From contig DAME01000003.1 in the NCBI GenBank assembly GCA_002499545.1, positions 77,089 through 141,088 of the forward strand: a DNA stretch of 64,000 nucleotides. The letters run 5' to 3'. The notes under the pieces are model-generated. The model made no database searches. It worked only from the letters and a program-made list of their open reading frames with translations, and had not been told where the DNA came from. Shown piece after piece: positions 52,989 to 62,900 of this stretch (positions are counted from its first letter, which is position 1; each line of letters begins with the position of its first letter). This stretch comes from Euryarchaeota archaeon UBA88. Lineage in GTDB: Archaea; Thermoplasmatota; Poseidoniia; Poseidoniales; Poseidoniaceae. Position numbers and translations under genes: made by a program.

Positions 52989-54623
52989 ATGGCATACCTC
53001 GTAGCCGGCTTCATGCCAACATCTCGTAAGCCTACTGCCATCATCGTTGGGTCTGGACCCGGGGGTCTTGCCAGCGCACTTTTGCTCGCACATTCAGGGG
53101 TTGACGTCACCGTCCTCGAAAAGGAAGACAAGGTAGGCGGCCGAACCAAGTTAATCCACAAAGACGGCTTTACATTCGACCGTGGTCCAACATTCTTCCA
53201 CTATCCCGAGGTAATTGAAGAGATTTTCCAAGCCATCGGCCGAGATGCTCACAAAGAACTCGGATTGATGCCACTCGACCCAATGTACCGGTTGGTATTC
53301 GGCGCTGGAGGTCACATCGATGCAACCAGCAACCTCACGGAAATGACCGAAAGAATTCGAGAACTTGCAGGTGACAAGAACGCAGATGGATTCAAGAAGT
53401 ACGTTACGCAGAACCGAAAGAAACTCGATCTCTCAAAACAGTGCCTCCAAACCCCATGGACAAGCCCGCTTGATGTTCTCTCCAGGCGAGCCATCCGCGT
53501 GGCAACTGTGCTCAAACCCTGGGCCAGTGTTGCGGGCGACCTGAGCAAGCACTTCGATGACGAGCGTGTTCGTCTAGCAATGTCGTTTCAAACCAAGTAT
53601 CTTGGAATGAGCCCGTTCCACGCCCCGTCGTTATTCACAATCCTCGCTTTCCTCGAATATGAGCACGGAATTTTCCACGCCAAAGGCGGACTGGGAAGCA
53701 TCACCGCACGAATGGGTGAAATCGCTGAAGAAATGGGTGTTACCATTCGCTTGAACACCCCTGTCAAGCAGCTGATTTATGAGGGTAAAACCGTTGTTGG
53801 AGCGCGATTAGAAGGCGAAGAGATTCACGCTGACAAAGTCGTTGTCAATGCCGACTTCGCTCACGCCATGACGACACTTGTACCCAACGAAAAGCGTAAG
53901 AAGTGGTCGAACAAGAAACTCGAGAAAAAGGGATATTCTTGTTCAACCTTTATGCTGTACCTCGGTGTCGACAAGCAATACGATTTACCTCACCACCAAA
54001 TTTACGCATCATCGTCCTACGAAAACAACTTGCGCGATATTACCAATCACAAACTTACGTTCGATGACCCCTCCGTTTATGTCCAAAATGCCAGTATCAC
54101 TGACGACAGCCTAGCCCCCAAAGGGCAATCAACTGTTTACGTTCTCGTGCCAGTCCCTAACCAGCATGACTCGATTGTATGGGACGACATCAAAGACGAA
54201 TACAGAGATATCATCGTCAAGCAACTCGCCAAACTCGGGTACGACGACATCGCTGACCACATCGTTTCTGAAACAGTTGTGACACCTGACGACTGGGGTG
54301 CTTCTGACATCTATCGCGGCGCTGTATTCAACCTCACCCACGACCTCAAGCAAATGCTCTGGAGACGCCCACACAACCGATTTGAAGAAGCCGACAACCT
54401 CTACATCGTCGGTGGAGGAACCCACCCCGGAAGTGGACTTCCAACAATCTTTGAAAGCGCTCGAATCAGCAGTAAACTCGTTCTTGCAGACCTCGGCATC
54501 AAGGCCGATTGGAACGGCGTTGACTCATGGTTCCAAGACGTCCGTCGGCCGCGCGTCAAAGCCCCATCATCCCAACCTATCGAGGCTGGGAAAGCGGCCG
54601 CAGGTGACGGAAATGTTGCGTGA
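52989..54623 (+). CDS. Phytoene desaturase family oxidoreductase (CrtI/CrtD-like)
   Basis: IIVGSGPGGLASALLLAHSGVDVTVLEKEDKVGGR dinucleotide-binding motif and a C-terminal VGGGTHPGSGLP motif. Confidence 0.85.
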   Translation: MAYLVAGFMPTSRKPTAIIVGSGPGGLASALLLAHSGVDVTVLEKEDKVGGRTKLIHKDGFTFDRGPTFFHYPEVIEEIFQAIGRDAHKELGLMPLDPMYRLVFGAGGHIDATSNLTEMTERIRELAGDKNADGFKKYVTQNRKKLDLSKQCLQTPWTSPLDVLSRRAIRVATVLKPWASVAGDLSKHFDDERVRLAMSFQTKYLGMSPFHAPSLFTILAFLEYEHGIFHAKGGLGSITARMGEIAEEMGVTIRLNTPVKQLIYEGKTVVGARLEGEEIHADKVVVNADFAHAMTTLVPNEKRKKWSNKKLEKKGYSCSTFMLYLGVDKQYDLPHHQIYASSSYENNLRDITNHKLTFDDPSVYVQNASITDDSLAPKGQSTVYVLVPVPNQHDSIVWDDIKDEYRDIIVKQLAKLGYDDIADHIVSETVVTPDDWGASDIYRGAVFNLTHDLKQMLWRRPHNRFEEADNLYIVGGGTHPGSGLPTIFESARISSKLVLADLGIKADWNGVDSWFQDVRRPRVKAPSSQPIEAGKAAAGDGNVA

Positions 54624-55248
54624 ATTGTTCGCATCTGTCGTCATGATGGTCTTGCTCATGCCAGGTTGCATGGAAAGCAGTATGATGAACGAATCCTCGG
54701 AATCTACCGAATCCAGTATCCCGTTCGAAATTACTTTCAACGCATCGACGCTCGACCGAGTCGAAGATCAGGGAGCTGATTTCAGCCTCAAAGATGACCT
54801 CTCGGACGGACCGGTCATGCTGTTGTGGATCGGAGCTGGATGCTCAGGCTGCCAAGATTGGACTGACATGATTCGAGAACAAATTGACAACGGTGAACTT
54901 GACCAAACAAACATTTCCTTCGTAAGCGTTCACCGATGGTCGGACTTTGAGACCCGTGAGAACGTAGAAGAAGCATTCGGCTCCAACTCGACTTCCTCGC
55001 ACTACACCCCTTGGAAGGTCGTACTTCCAACAAGTTCTACTCTCGCACTGGATTTCTCAACTGAGCAAAATACGGACCACTCACTGTATGCTGCGTACGG
55101 AAATCCCGGGACTCCAACGTTGCAACTGGTTGCACAAAACGGCGTTGTTGCGTGGGAATCTAAGACTTACTGGGCGGATGAAAGCGTTCTTGAAGACGGC
55201 TTGACCTTCTTCAGTTCACAAGTCAACACACAGGCGGTCGAAGAGTGA
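54613..55248 (+). CDS. Secreted/lipid-anchored thioredoxin-fold protein (TlpA/redoxin-like, CxxC)
   Basis: 211 aa from ATG 54613. The track ORF 54298-55248 has a 105-aa extension overlapping crtI in another frame. Signal-like MLRELFASVVMMVLLMPGC, then LLWIGAGCSGCQDW (CxxC). Confidence 0.6.
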   Translation: MLRELFASVVMMVLLMPGCMESSMMNESSESTESSIPFEITFNASTLDRVEDQGADFSLKDDLSDGPVMLLWIGAGCSGCQDWTDMIREQIDNGELDQTNISFVSVHRWSDFETRENVEEAFGSNSTSSHYTPWKVVLPTSSTLALDFSTEQNTDHSLYAAYGNPGTPTLQLVAQNGVVAWESKTYWADESVLEDGLTFFSSQVNTQAVEE

Positions 55249-55300
55249 ACCTCAAAGACCCCAATGCGTTCCCCGTACACAGCAGCCTCACAGGCAGCCG

Positions 55301-56116
55301 GTGAATACCATGGGTGAAGGTATCAAACTTCCAGTCCTCAACGGTTTGGGTCGCACCAACCGAATCGACAATTGGTTGTCGAAACCTTTGGCCATGGGGA
55401 TTGGTCTAACCGCAGCACTCATCTACACTGCGTGGCGGTTGTTTTTGTTTCCCGAAACGATTCATTATTCGGTTGACGGTAGCAGTGTCACATCGCCAAT
55501 CTTCTCACCCAATATTTTGGAATGGGAACTCTTTGGTCTCAATGAATGGAAGCACCCCTCTTGGGTGAATGCTGCCATTTTAGTACTATGGATTCCGTTC
55601 GGATTTCGAGGGACGTGCTATTACATGCGTAGAGTGTATTACCGGACCTTTTTTGCGAGCCCGACAGCATGCTGGGTTGACGAACCCGAAATCAACAAAG
55701 TAATTGGTTACCAAGGTGAGAAACGGGTATTCATCATTAACAATCTTCACAGATACTTCCTCTATGCAGCGATGATCATCATCGTCATCAAGTGGTGGGA
55801 CGTCACGCACACCATGCATTTCCATGGAGGATTCGGTATGTCAATCGGTACTTTCGTCATGGGCTTTGAAGCATTTCTGCTTACCATGTACGTCACCTCA
55901 TGCCACGCACTTCGCCACCTCGCTGGAGGGAATCTCGACCGATGGACTTCTGGAATCAGTCGAATTCGGGGCATGGTATTTGGAAAACTCAGTCTCGCCA
56001 ACCGTTCTCACGGGTTTTGGTTTTGGACATCGTTATCGTTCGTCTTCATTGGCGACTTGTGGGTCATCGCTGTTGGCGAAGGCCACATCAGTGACTTCGC
56101 ACTGTTCATAATTTGA
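55301..56116 (+). CDS. Putative succinate dehydrogenase membrane anchor / cytochrome b subunit
   Basis: 271-aa polytopic membrane protein with several intramembrane His residues, immediately upstream of sdhA (sdhCAB-like order). Assigned by position only; the sequence family was not recognised directly. Confidence 0.5.
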   Translation: MNTMGEGIKLPVLNGLGRTNRIDNWLSKPLAMGIGLTAALIYTAWRLFLFPETIHYSVDGSSVTSPIFSPNILEWELFGLNEWKHPSWVNAAILVLWIPFGFRGTCYYMRRVYYRTFFASPTACWVDEPEINKVIGYQGEKRVFIINNLHRYFLYAAMIIIVIKWWDVTHTMHFHGGFGMSIGTFVMGFEAFLLTMYVTSCHALRHLAGGNLDRWTSGISRIRGMVFGKLSLANRSHGFWFWTSLSFVFIGDLWVIAVGEGHISDFALFII

Positions 56117-56126
56117 GGTGAAACGT

Positions 56127-57980
56127 ATGACTGAAGACTACACCAAGCATGAATACGATGTCATCGTCATCGGAGCCGGTGGTGCCGGTCTCCGTGCTGC
56201 AATTGAGGCAGCCCGTAGCGGAGCAAAAACCGCCATTATCACCAAATCTTTGCTTGGAAAAGCGCACACGGTCATGGCTGAAGGTGGATGCGCAGCAGCA
56301 CTCCGAAACGCCGACCCGCGTGATGGATGGAAGGTTCATTTTCACGACACCATGAAAGGCAGCAAGTGGCTTGCTGACTGGAGAATGGCTGAATTCCACG
56401 CGAAAGAAGCTCCTGACCGTGTCCGTGAACTGGAAACCTGGGGTGCCGTGTTTGACCGAACGGACAAGAACCTCATCAACCAACGAAACTTTGGCGGTCA
56501 CACGTTCCCACGCCTTGCTCACGTCGGTGACGCGACTGGCTTGGAACTCATTCGAACACTGCAAGAGCGAGGTATCCACGAAGGTATTGACATTTTCATG
56601 GAATACACCGTTCGCCATCTCCTGAAAGAAGGCGACAGGGTCACCGGCTGTGTCGCCTACACTCGAGTGGACGGAGACTTCCACGCCTTTTCAGCAAAAT
56701 CTGTTGTTCTTGCAACCGGTGGAATCACCCGATGTTGGTCGGTCTGCTCTGGATCATGGGAATATACCGGTGATGGACACGCCCTCGCACTGTGGGCTGG
56801 AGCTGAATTACGAGACATGGAGTTTGTACAATTCCACCCGACTGGAATGGTATGGCCACCCTCTGTCCGAGGGATTTTAGTTACTGAGGGGGTTCGTGGT
56901 GAAGGCGGTCGATTAACCAATTCGGAAGGCGAACGGTTCATGTTCAACTACGTCCCTGAGATGTTTGCTGGAGACCACGCTGAAACAATCGCAGAGAGTG
57001 ACCAATGGGTCGAAGAAGTCGTCTCAGGTAAACTCGCTACGGTCCGACGACCACCCGAGTTACTCACCAGAGACGTCGTGGCAAAGGCGATCAATTCAGA
57101 AGTGAAAGCTGGCCGAGGGTCTCCACACGGCGGCGCATTTTTGGACATTTCTCACCGAGGCGAAGAGGCTATTTTGAAGAAATTGCCCTCAATGCACCAC
57201 CAATTCAAAGAATTGGCTGGTGTTGATATTTCCAAGGAACCGATGGAAGTCGGTCCAACTGCTCACTATGTGATGGGCGGCGTTCGAGTAAACGCCGAAA
57301 CTCAAGAGAGCAATGTCCCCGGATTGTACGCTTGCGGCGAAGTTGCCTCAGGACTTCATGGGGCCAACCGACTTGGCGGCAACTCATTGTCCGACCTCAT
57401 CACGTTCGGTAAGCGAGCAGGAGAATTCTCTGCAAAGCGAGCCAAAGATCTAGCCCAGCCCAGCATTGATGATACGCAAGTTCAGCAAGCAATCGAAACG
57501 ATGTTAGCTCCTCTTAAGCGCGAAGGTGGAGAGAACCCTGGTAAAATCTATGACGAAATGCGAGACATGATGCAGGCCAAAGTTGGCATCATCCGGGTGA
57601 AGGAAGAAATGGAAGAAGCTCTTGAAGATTTGAAAAACTTCAACCTCCGACAGATGGAGTGCTTCCCCGGAACTTCTCGCAAATACAATTCCGGTTGGCA
57701 CCAGGCACTTGATCTCAAGAACATGGTCGATGTCTCACTGGCTGCAACGTTAGCAGCACTCATGCGTGAAGAAAGTCGAGGAGGTCATACACGTGATGAT
57801 TTCCCCGGCGAAGTAGAGCACTGGGGTAAAATCCTCAACATCGTCTACATGGAAGATGGAGAAGTAAAAATCCGTCAAGAAGCAGTTGAAGAAATGCGAG
57901 AGGACCTGCAAGGCGCAATCAAGGAAGTTAAATCGATGATTGCAGAGCGTGCTGCAGAGCAAGCCGGAGGTGTAGAGTAA
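56127..57980 (+). CDS. sdhA: Succinate dehydrogenase / fumarate reductase flavoprotein subunit
   Basis: [25 protein letters not shown] (covalent-FAD His region) and HYVMGGV. GAGGTGA Shine-Dalgarno 5 nt upstream of ATG 56127 (the track ORF starts at GTG 56118). Confidence 0.93.
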   Translation: MTEDYTKHEYDVIVIGAGGAGLRAAIEAARSGAKTAIITKSLLGKAHTVMAEGGCAAALRNADPRDGWKVHFHDTMKGSKWLADWRMAEFHAKEAPDRVRELETWGAVFDRTDKNLINQRNFGGHTFPRLAHVGDATGLELIRTLQERGIHEGIDIFMEYTVRHLLKEGDRVTGCVAYTRVDGDFHAFSAKSVVLATGGITRCWSVCSGSWEYTGDGHALALWAGAELRDMEFVQFHPTGMVWPPSVRGILVTEGVRGEGGRLTNSEGERFMFNYVPEMFAGDHAETIAESDQWVEEVVSGKLATVRRPPELLTRDVVAKAINSEVKAGRGSPHGGAFLDISHRGEEAILKKLPSMHHQFKELAGVDISKEPMEVGPTAHYVMGGVRVNAETQESNVPGLYACGEVASGLHGANRLGGNSLSDLITFGKRAGEFSAKRAKDLAQPSIDDTQVQQAIETMLAPLKREGGENPGKIYDEMRDMMQAKVGIIRVKEEMEEALEDLKNFNLRQMECFPGTSRKYNSGWHQALDLKNMVDVSLAATLAALMREESRGGHTRDDFPGEVEHWGKILNIVYMEDGEVKIRQEAVEEMREDLQGAIKEVKSMIAERAAEQAGGVE

Positions 57981-58747
57981 TGTCACTCAAAGGTAAAATG
58001 CAAAGTTTCACCGTTTTACGCGGTGAAGACGAGGCTGCAGAACTTGAAGAATTCGCTATAGAACTCGATGAGGGCATGGTTGTTTTGGATTGTGTGCATA
58101 GAATACAACACGAACAACAACCCGACTTGGCTGTTCGCTGGAACTGTAAAGCGGGAAAGTGTGGGTCATGCTCTGCCGAAATTAACGGTAGGCCGCGATT
58201 GATGTGCATGACGCGTATGAGTGACGTCGTCGCCGAGACTCCAGAGGGACAATCCATTGAAATTCGGCCAATGAAGGCATTCCCTCACGTCAAAGACCTG
58301 GTCACCGACGTCTCATGGAATTATGAAGTAGCGCAGCGAATCAAACCAATCAACGGTCCTGAAGAGATGGATTGGGAATTCAACCAGCGCGAAGCCGACA
58401 GAGTCCAACAATTCCGAGAGTGTATCGAATGCTTCCTCTGTGTCAACACTTGCCACGTTTTACGGGACCACGCTCTCTTCGATGAATTCGGAGGGCCACG
58501 AAACCTTGTTCGTCTAGCCCAGTACGAAATGCACCCAATGGATACCGAAGACCGTATTCCTGAAATTAAGAATGAGTTTGGAGTCGAATACTGTAACATC
58601 ACTCGCTGTTGTACTGAAGTATGTCCAGCTGGAATTCAAATCACCGATGACGCAATTATTCAGCTCAAGGAACGGGTTGTTGACCGGTACTATGATCCTC
58701 TGCAACGCATCTGGCGAACCCTCACACGGCAAAAAGTTCGTTATTGA
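57980..58747 (+). CDS. sdhB: Succinate dehydrogenase / fumarate reductase iron-sulfur subunit
   Basis: CKAGKCGSCSAEINGRP (2Fe-2S), CIECFLCVNTC and CTEVCP clusters. The ATG overlaps the sdhA TAA (TAATG), with GGAGGTG upstream. Confidence 0.93.
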   Translation: MSLKGKMQSFTVLRGEDEAAELEEFAIELDEGMVVLDCVHRIQHEQQPDLAVRWNCKAGKCGSCSAEINGRPRLMCMTRMSDVVAETPEGQSIEIRPMKAFPHVKDLVTDVSWNYEVAQRIKPINGPEEMDWEFNQREADRVQQFRECIECFLCVNTCHVLRDHALFDEFGGPRNLVRLAQYEMHPMDTEDRIPEIKNEFGVEYCNITRCCTEVCPAGIQITDDAIIQLKERVVDRYYDPLQRIWRTLTRQKVRY

Positions 58748-58756
58748 GGTGAGGCT

Positions 58757-59155
58757 TTGGCTCACACCGTAGAACGGATTCGTGAAATTTCTGCTCTCAT
58801 TTTTGGCTTAGCATTCATTTGGATTGGACTTCAGCACTTTACCAACGTCGAATTTTTCCTACCGATTGTACCAGAAATCATCGGAAACCCAACATTTTGG
58901 GTCTATCTGAGTGGTATCGTTGAAATCGGACTGGGCGTGGGTTTGATACTTCGTTTCTCTCGAAAAGCAACTGGAATTGCAACAGCGATATTTTTGGTAA
59001 TCGTATACTGGGCGAATTTCAACATGTGGATCAATGATATCGCCATTGACGGGAATCGATTTTCAAACCAAGCTCACGTGGCACGAGCATTGGCTCAGGT
59101 GGCCATGATAGGCTTCGCACTGTGGATTGCAGACGTTAAAAAGAAGAGTGTTTGA
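58757..59155 (+). CDS. Small membrane protein, DoxX-like
   Basis: 132 aa, 4 TM (TTG start). The hydrophobic pattern resembles the DoxX-like family. Follows sdhB by 9 nt. Confidence 0.45.
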   Translation: MAHTVERIREISALIFGLAFIWIGLQHFTNVEFFLPIVPEIIGNPTFWVYLSGIVEIGLGVGLILRFSRKATGIATAIFLVIVYWANFNMWINDIAIDGNRFSNQAHVARALAQVAMIGFALWIADVKKKSV

Positions 59156-59252
59156 GCTTCAATTCCCACCGAAGTAGGAAAAGAAGCGGCGACCCTTGCG
59201 GGAACGAATTCGATGTTTCAAACTCGGATAGCAATCAAGCAGTTCGTCGAAC

Positions 59253-59516
59253 TCAAAGGTGTTCGATTCCGGACTTCTTGACGTTTGCCTTCTTGATCTT
59301 GTCAGGAAGCCAAGCTGGTCCATTCGCTGGCTTTGCAACCATTGCGATGCTGCCGGTGAAGACGTGGACACGCTTGGTGCCACGCTCTCGTAGGCGGATG
59401 TTCGTGTGTCCGCGGGTTGCGGCCTTTAGGGCTGCTCCACGGGGTTGTTTGCTTGCAAAAACCTGGCTCGTATCTTTTCCGTTCTCCATGAGAACAAAGT
59501 ATTTTTTATCAGACAT
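59253..59516 (-). CDS. Archaeal chromatin protein MC1
   Basis: 87 aa. FVLMENGKDTSQVFASKQPRGAALKAATRG..NIRLRERGTKRVHVFTG...PANGPAWLPDKIKKANVKK closely parallels Methanosarcina MC1 as I recall it (GKQPRQAALKAANRG...IRLRERGTKKVHVF). Confidence 0.85.
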   Translation of the reverse strand: MSDKKYFVLMENGKDTSQVFASKQPRGAALKAATRGHTNIRLRERGTKRVHVFTGSIAMVAKPANGPAWLPDKIKKANVKKSGIEHL

Positions 59517-59549
59517 TTTGGATTTCCTCCGATAGGTGACTAAATCGTA

Positions 59550-59562
59550 GAGTATATAATCA
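59550..59562 (-). promoter_or_regulatory. Candidate TATA box for the MC1 gene
   Basis: On the minus strand ATTATATAC lies about 35-45 nt upstream of ATG 59516, followed by a GGAGG Shine-Dalgarno 9 nt before the ATG. Confidence 0.45.
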
Positions 59563-59681
59563 TTTCTCGGAAAAAAGGCATTACTGCGCCCTATAGGTCG
59601 TGCAGTGTCCCTTTCCGAGCGACAATTTAGGAAAATATCGAGCAGTGCAGCGAATGCGAAAATGCTAGCAGAAGTACGTGT

Positions 59682-59915
59682 TTAAAGTTCTGCACCTGCA
59701 AGAGTTTTGGTGTCGATAATACCGGGGATTTGACGGATCGATTCAACCACAGCTCGCGCTATCATTGCCAAACTGTCTGCGTTCAATTTTACGATGAGAT
59801 CGTGGTCTCCGAAGAGAAGTGTAGCATCAGATACATGCTCCATGTCTTTTACTGCAAGATACACTTCGTGTTCTTTACCCGGTTCTACGTTGATGAGTAC
59901 ATATCCAACAGCCAT
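59682..59915 (-). CDS. Stand-alone Lrp/AsnC-type ligand-binding (RAM) domain protein
   Basis: 77 aa from Met89 of track ORF 59682-60179: MAVGYVLINVEPGKEHEVYLAVKDMEHVSDATLLFGDHDLIVKLNA.... GAGGTGA lies 5 nt upstream of ATG 59915. The longer ORF would overlap the upstream gene. Confidence 0.75.
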   Translation of the reverse strand: MAVGYVLINVEPGKEHEVYLAVKDMEHVSDATLLFGDHDLIVKLNADSLAMIARAVVESIRQIPGIIDTKTLAGAEL

Positions 59916-59937
59916 GGTTCTCACCTCGACCAGCGGC

Positions 59938-62900
59938 TCAAGGCACATCAAGTCTTCTCTCCTCGGAGGGATGCTCGTGCAACAATTCCAGTTGCTCATC
60001 AGAGAACTCCACCCACTGCAGGAGGGTCCAGCCTTCAGGCATCTCGCCTTCAAGCCATGCTTGGTACTGTTCAGCAGTCCATCCTTGAGGGATTTGAAGT
60101 GTCTGGCCGCTGGAAATTTCGGGTTGCTCCATGGGTGATGCGAGGTCCATACTCCAGTCAATCGATGTATCTGGTACATTACGACGGCGTATCAAAACAC
60201 CTCCGGTGAGAAGGGAAAGAAGAATGAACAGGACGGTGCCGTACAGCATTGAGTTGTTTGAAGACGATGGAGTAATGCGTGATGTATCATCAATCTGGCA
60301 GTCAATGCATTCCGCTGCCGGTAGAAGTGTGACGTTAATGGACGCTGAATCCGATTGCAACCATTGGTCGCTACAGGTCATCTCAACGTTGAGTACGTGA
60401 AGACTCTGCGCTCCACTCGTGGGGAATTGAAGCGAAAGCATACCTGCAGTGGAATTGATTGATTCGATTGGTAGCGACAATTCAGCTAACAAGGTTCCAT
60501 TGTAGGATATAATCGATTTGCAGGTAAGGTCGTTCAGACCATCGGCGTCACGTACAGAACCATTGATCAGAAGGAATTCTCCGGCAGTAGCATTCGTCGG
60601 TTGAGTGAGATTCACGTTAGGTATTGCGTGGAAGAATGCAGTTTCAAGCGTCAGTGACTTGGATAATCCATCAATGTCCCGGACATTGAATCGAATTTGC
60701 CCCTCTCCATCGATAAAAGTCCCATCCAATCGTAATCGGAACCAGTGAATATCCGACTCATCCGCATGAGGGGCCAGGTCAATACCACATGACTGAACTG
60801 AAGGTAAATCTGTATCGTCTTGTAATAGCGGAGCGCTCACCGACCAACCCAACTGATTCATGGAGGCCTGAAGGGTCTGCACGGGGCGGTCGCTGTTGAC
60901 AAAGACCAACAGATACGCTGTGCTTCCAAACCTCAACGAATCAACGGGGCCGTCTTGGCCACACATGGCAGAACCGTGAATCTCGGGAGTCGTCAGCAAA
61001 AACGGCAGCGCGTAGGTGGTCGAGAGCTGGGCACCGTTTTGTCCCGTGATATCCAAATCAATAACTAAATTGCCCGCTTCAAGAGGGCTCTCAACCCCCT
61101 CAAGTTCGATGACTATCGGTTGACTCGTATCGACTGCGTCAACCGGCAGGGTCAGAACTTCTGATCCTGGCCATTGAATGCGAACATCTCCACTCACTCC
61201 TGACAAAGGGTCGTCGGCATCGGTGATGGCGATACTGATGAACTCCCCCCCACCTCCTCGAACACTGTCCAACACCGTTCCATTGGAATTCTCAATATGA
61301 ATCGATGCTTGAGGTGGAAGGTCTGTGACGAGGATACTCCGAGATGAAAGGAGAAGTCCATCAGAATCCCGAACTTCAAACCCAATCGCATCAAGACGTT
61401 CACCCACATCGAGCAGGTAGGTTCCTGTGAAGCAGTGATGACTGATGTCCGACTGAGTTTGATAGGTTGAATTCGAAACTGACCCTTTCGTTGCGGAAAG
61501 AAGCGGTTGTTGCGATACGATGTTAAAATCTGCGTCCAGAGCACAGATGGTCCAATTCAACAACTGCCCACGTACAACACCTCCCAGCGGAGAGTACTGC
61601 AGTTGACTCACGCCCGACCATGAAGGGGAATCAACGCCAGATATGTGCGGTCCAAACCATTGGGCTAAAGCATCGACAACCGTGGCGACATTGGGATTCA
61701 CCAGCACTCCGACCTGCTGACTCTGGTCGTAGGCTGAAGCTCGAATCACCAGTGTTCCGAGGCTCAAGTTAGCGGGAAGAGTCAGCGAGGCTTGCCACCT
61801 TGAAGCATCGACTTGACCCGTCATTTCTGCATTCCAATTTACGTCACTGAGATTTGAAGCATCCTCAACGACTGCCCATTCTATTCCAACTGCAGTAACG
61901 TTGATGTCATCACTTGCTAAAACCGTGCAGATGAAATTATCACCTCGTGAATAAAGGCTTGAATCACAGTAAACTTCGTTCACAACCGGTGGTGAATTGA
62001 CCCATACCCGCATGGTCAAGAGATTATTACTCAGTTCACGTTCAAAGGAATCATCGGTTGCATTCGTGTATCGTATTCGCAAATCCATCCAGCCAGTTCT
62101 TTGTGGAACGATGGTGAGGTTGAACAGTGTGCGGGAGCCGTTCACATCCCCGCTAGGGAGTGTCAGGTTACCGCTGTACATCTCAATGTTGCCTTGGACG
62201 TCCTGTATCAGAATACTTCCATTTGAAGCAGCCATGCCTCTGTTCTCGATAGCAATTTGCAGATGCGATGGTTGAAGATAGGAGGCATTGTTCAACTGTC
62301 GAATATCAAGGAGCGATATGTCGTGGAAACGGTTAGCGTACGGCGCCATTTTTGGGTCGCCGATAGTGACACCCATCCAGCCAGATTGAAGGTTCGCTGC
62401 AGCATGCGATTCAGCCAGGTTGAACCCGGTAGCATACATGCTCATCAGCGTACTTGGTGAGCCAACTGCTTGGAGGTATGGCTCGTACACATACCCCTTC
62501 ACACCCGAAACTCCGTCTTCGAGAAGATCTGCAACCAACGATTGCCCGTACGAAGTTCCAAATTCAAACGAACGAGCTCCGGTAGAAACCGCTGTTTCGG
62601 CTATTGAACCGTTCAACCACTGGTTGTGTGGGCGCAGAGGATACAATCGCAGAGAATCGATAAAGACCGAACCATCGGTTGAAGTGGCGACTACATCCAG
62701 TGGGATTTGAATCCGAAGATGGGTTGCTGATTCATGTGGACGGAATCGTAGCGTTGTTGATTCCCACGAAGTTTCAAACATTTGGCTGCTTGAAATGTTG
62801 CGGGAAAGAACTACTCCGCTGGCATCGAGTGATTCGACTTCAAGCGTAAAGTCTCCATAAACGTCGCCAGTCCGCATACCAAATGCGTCAATCAGCCATG

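Noticed and set aside
54298-54612. 105-aa N-terminal extension of ORF 54298-55248, overlapping the end of the CrtI-family gene.
   Set aside because: It lies entirely within the crtI-like reading frame region and is S/T/P-rich. An internal ATG at 54613 is followed by a proper signal-like hydrophobic segment and a thioredoxin-fold CxxC domain.
59152-59535. 127-aa plus-strand ORF antisense to the MC1 gene.
   Set aside because: The minus-strand product is an unmistakable MC1 homologue. The plus-strand translation is Arg/Ser/Phe-rich with no recognisable features.
59916-60179. 88-aa N-terminal extension of ORF 59682-60179 (MYQIHRLTGVWTSHHPW...).
   Set aside because: It overlaps the conserved cytoplasmic tail of the giant surface protein gene in another frame. 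Met89 has a GAGGTGA ribosome-binding site and yields a complete 77-aa RAM domain.
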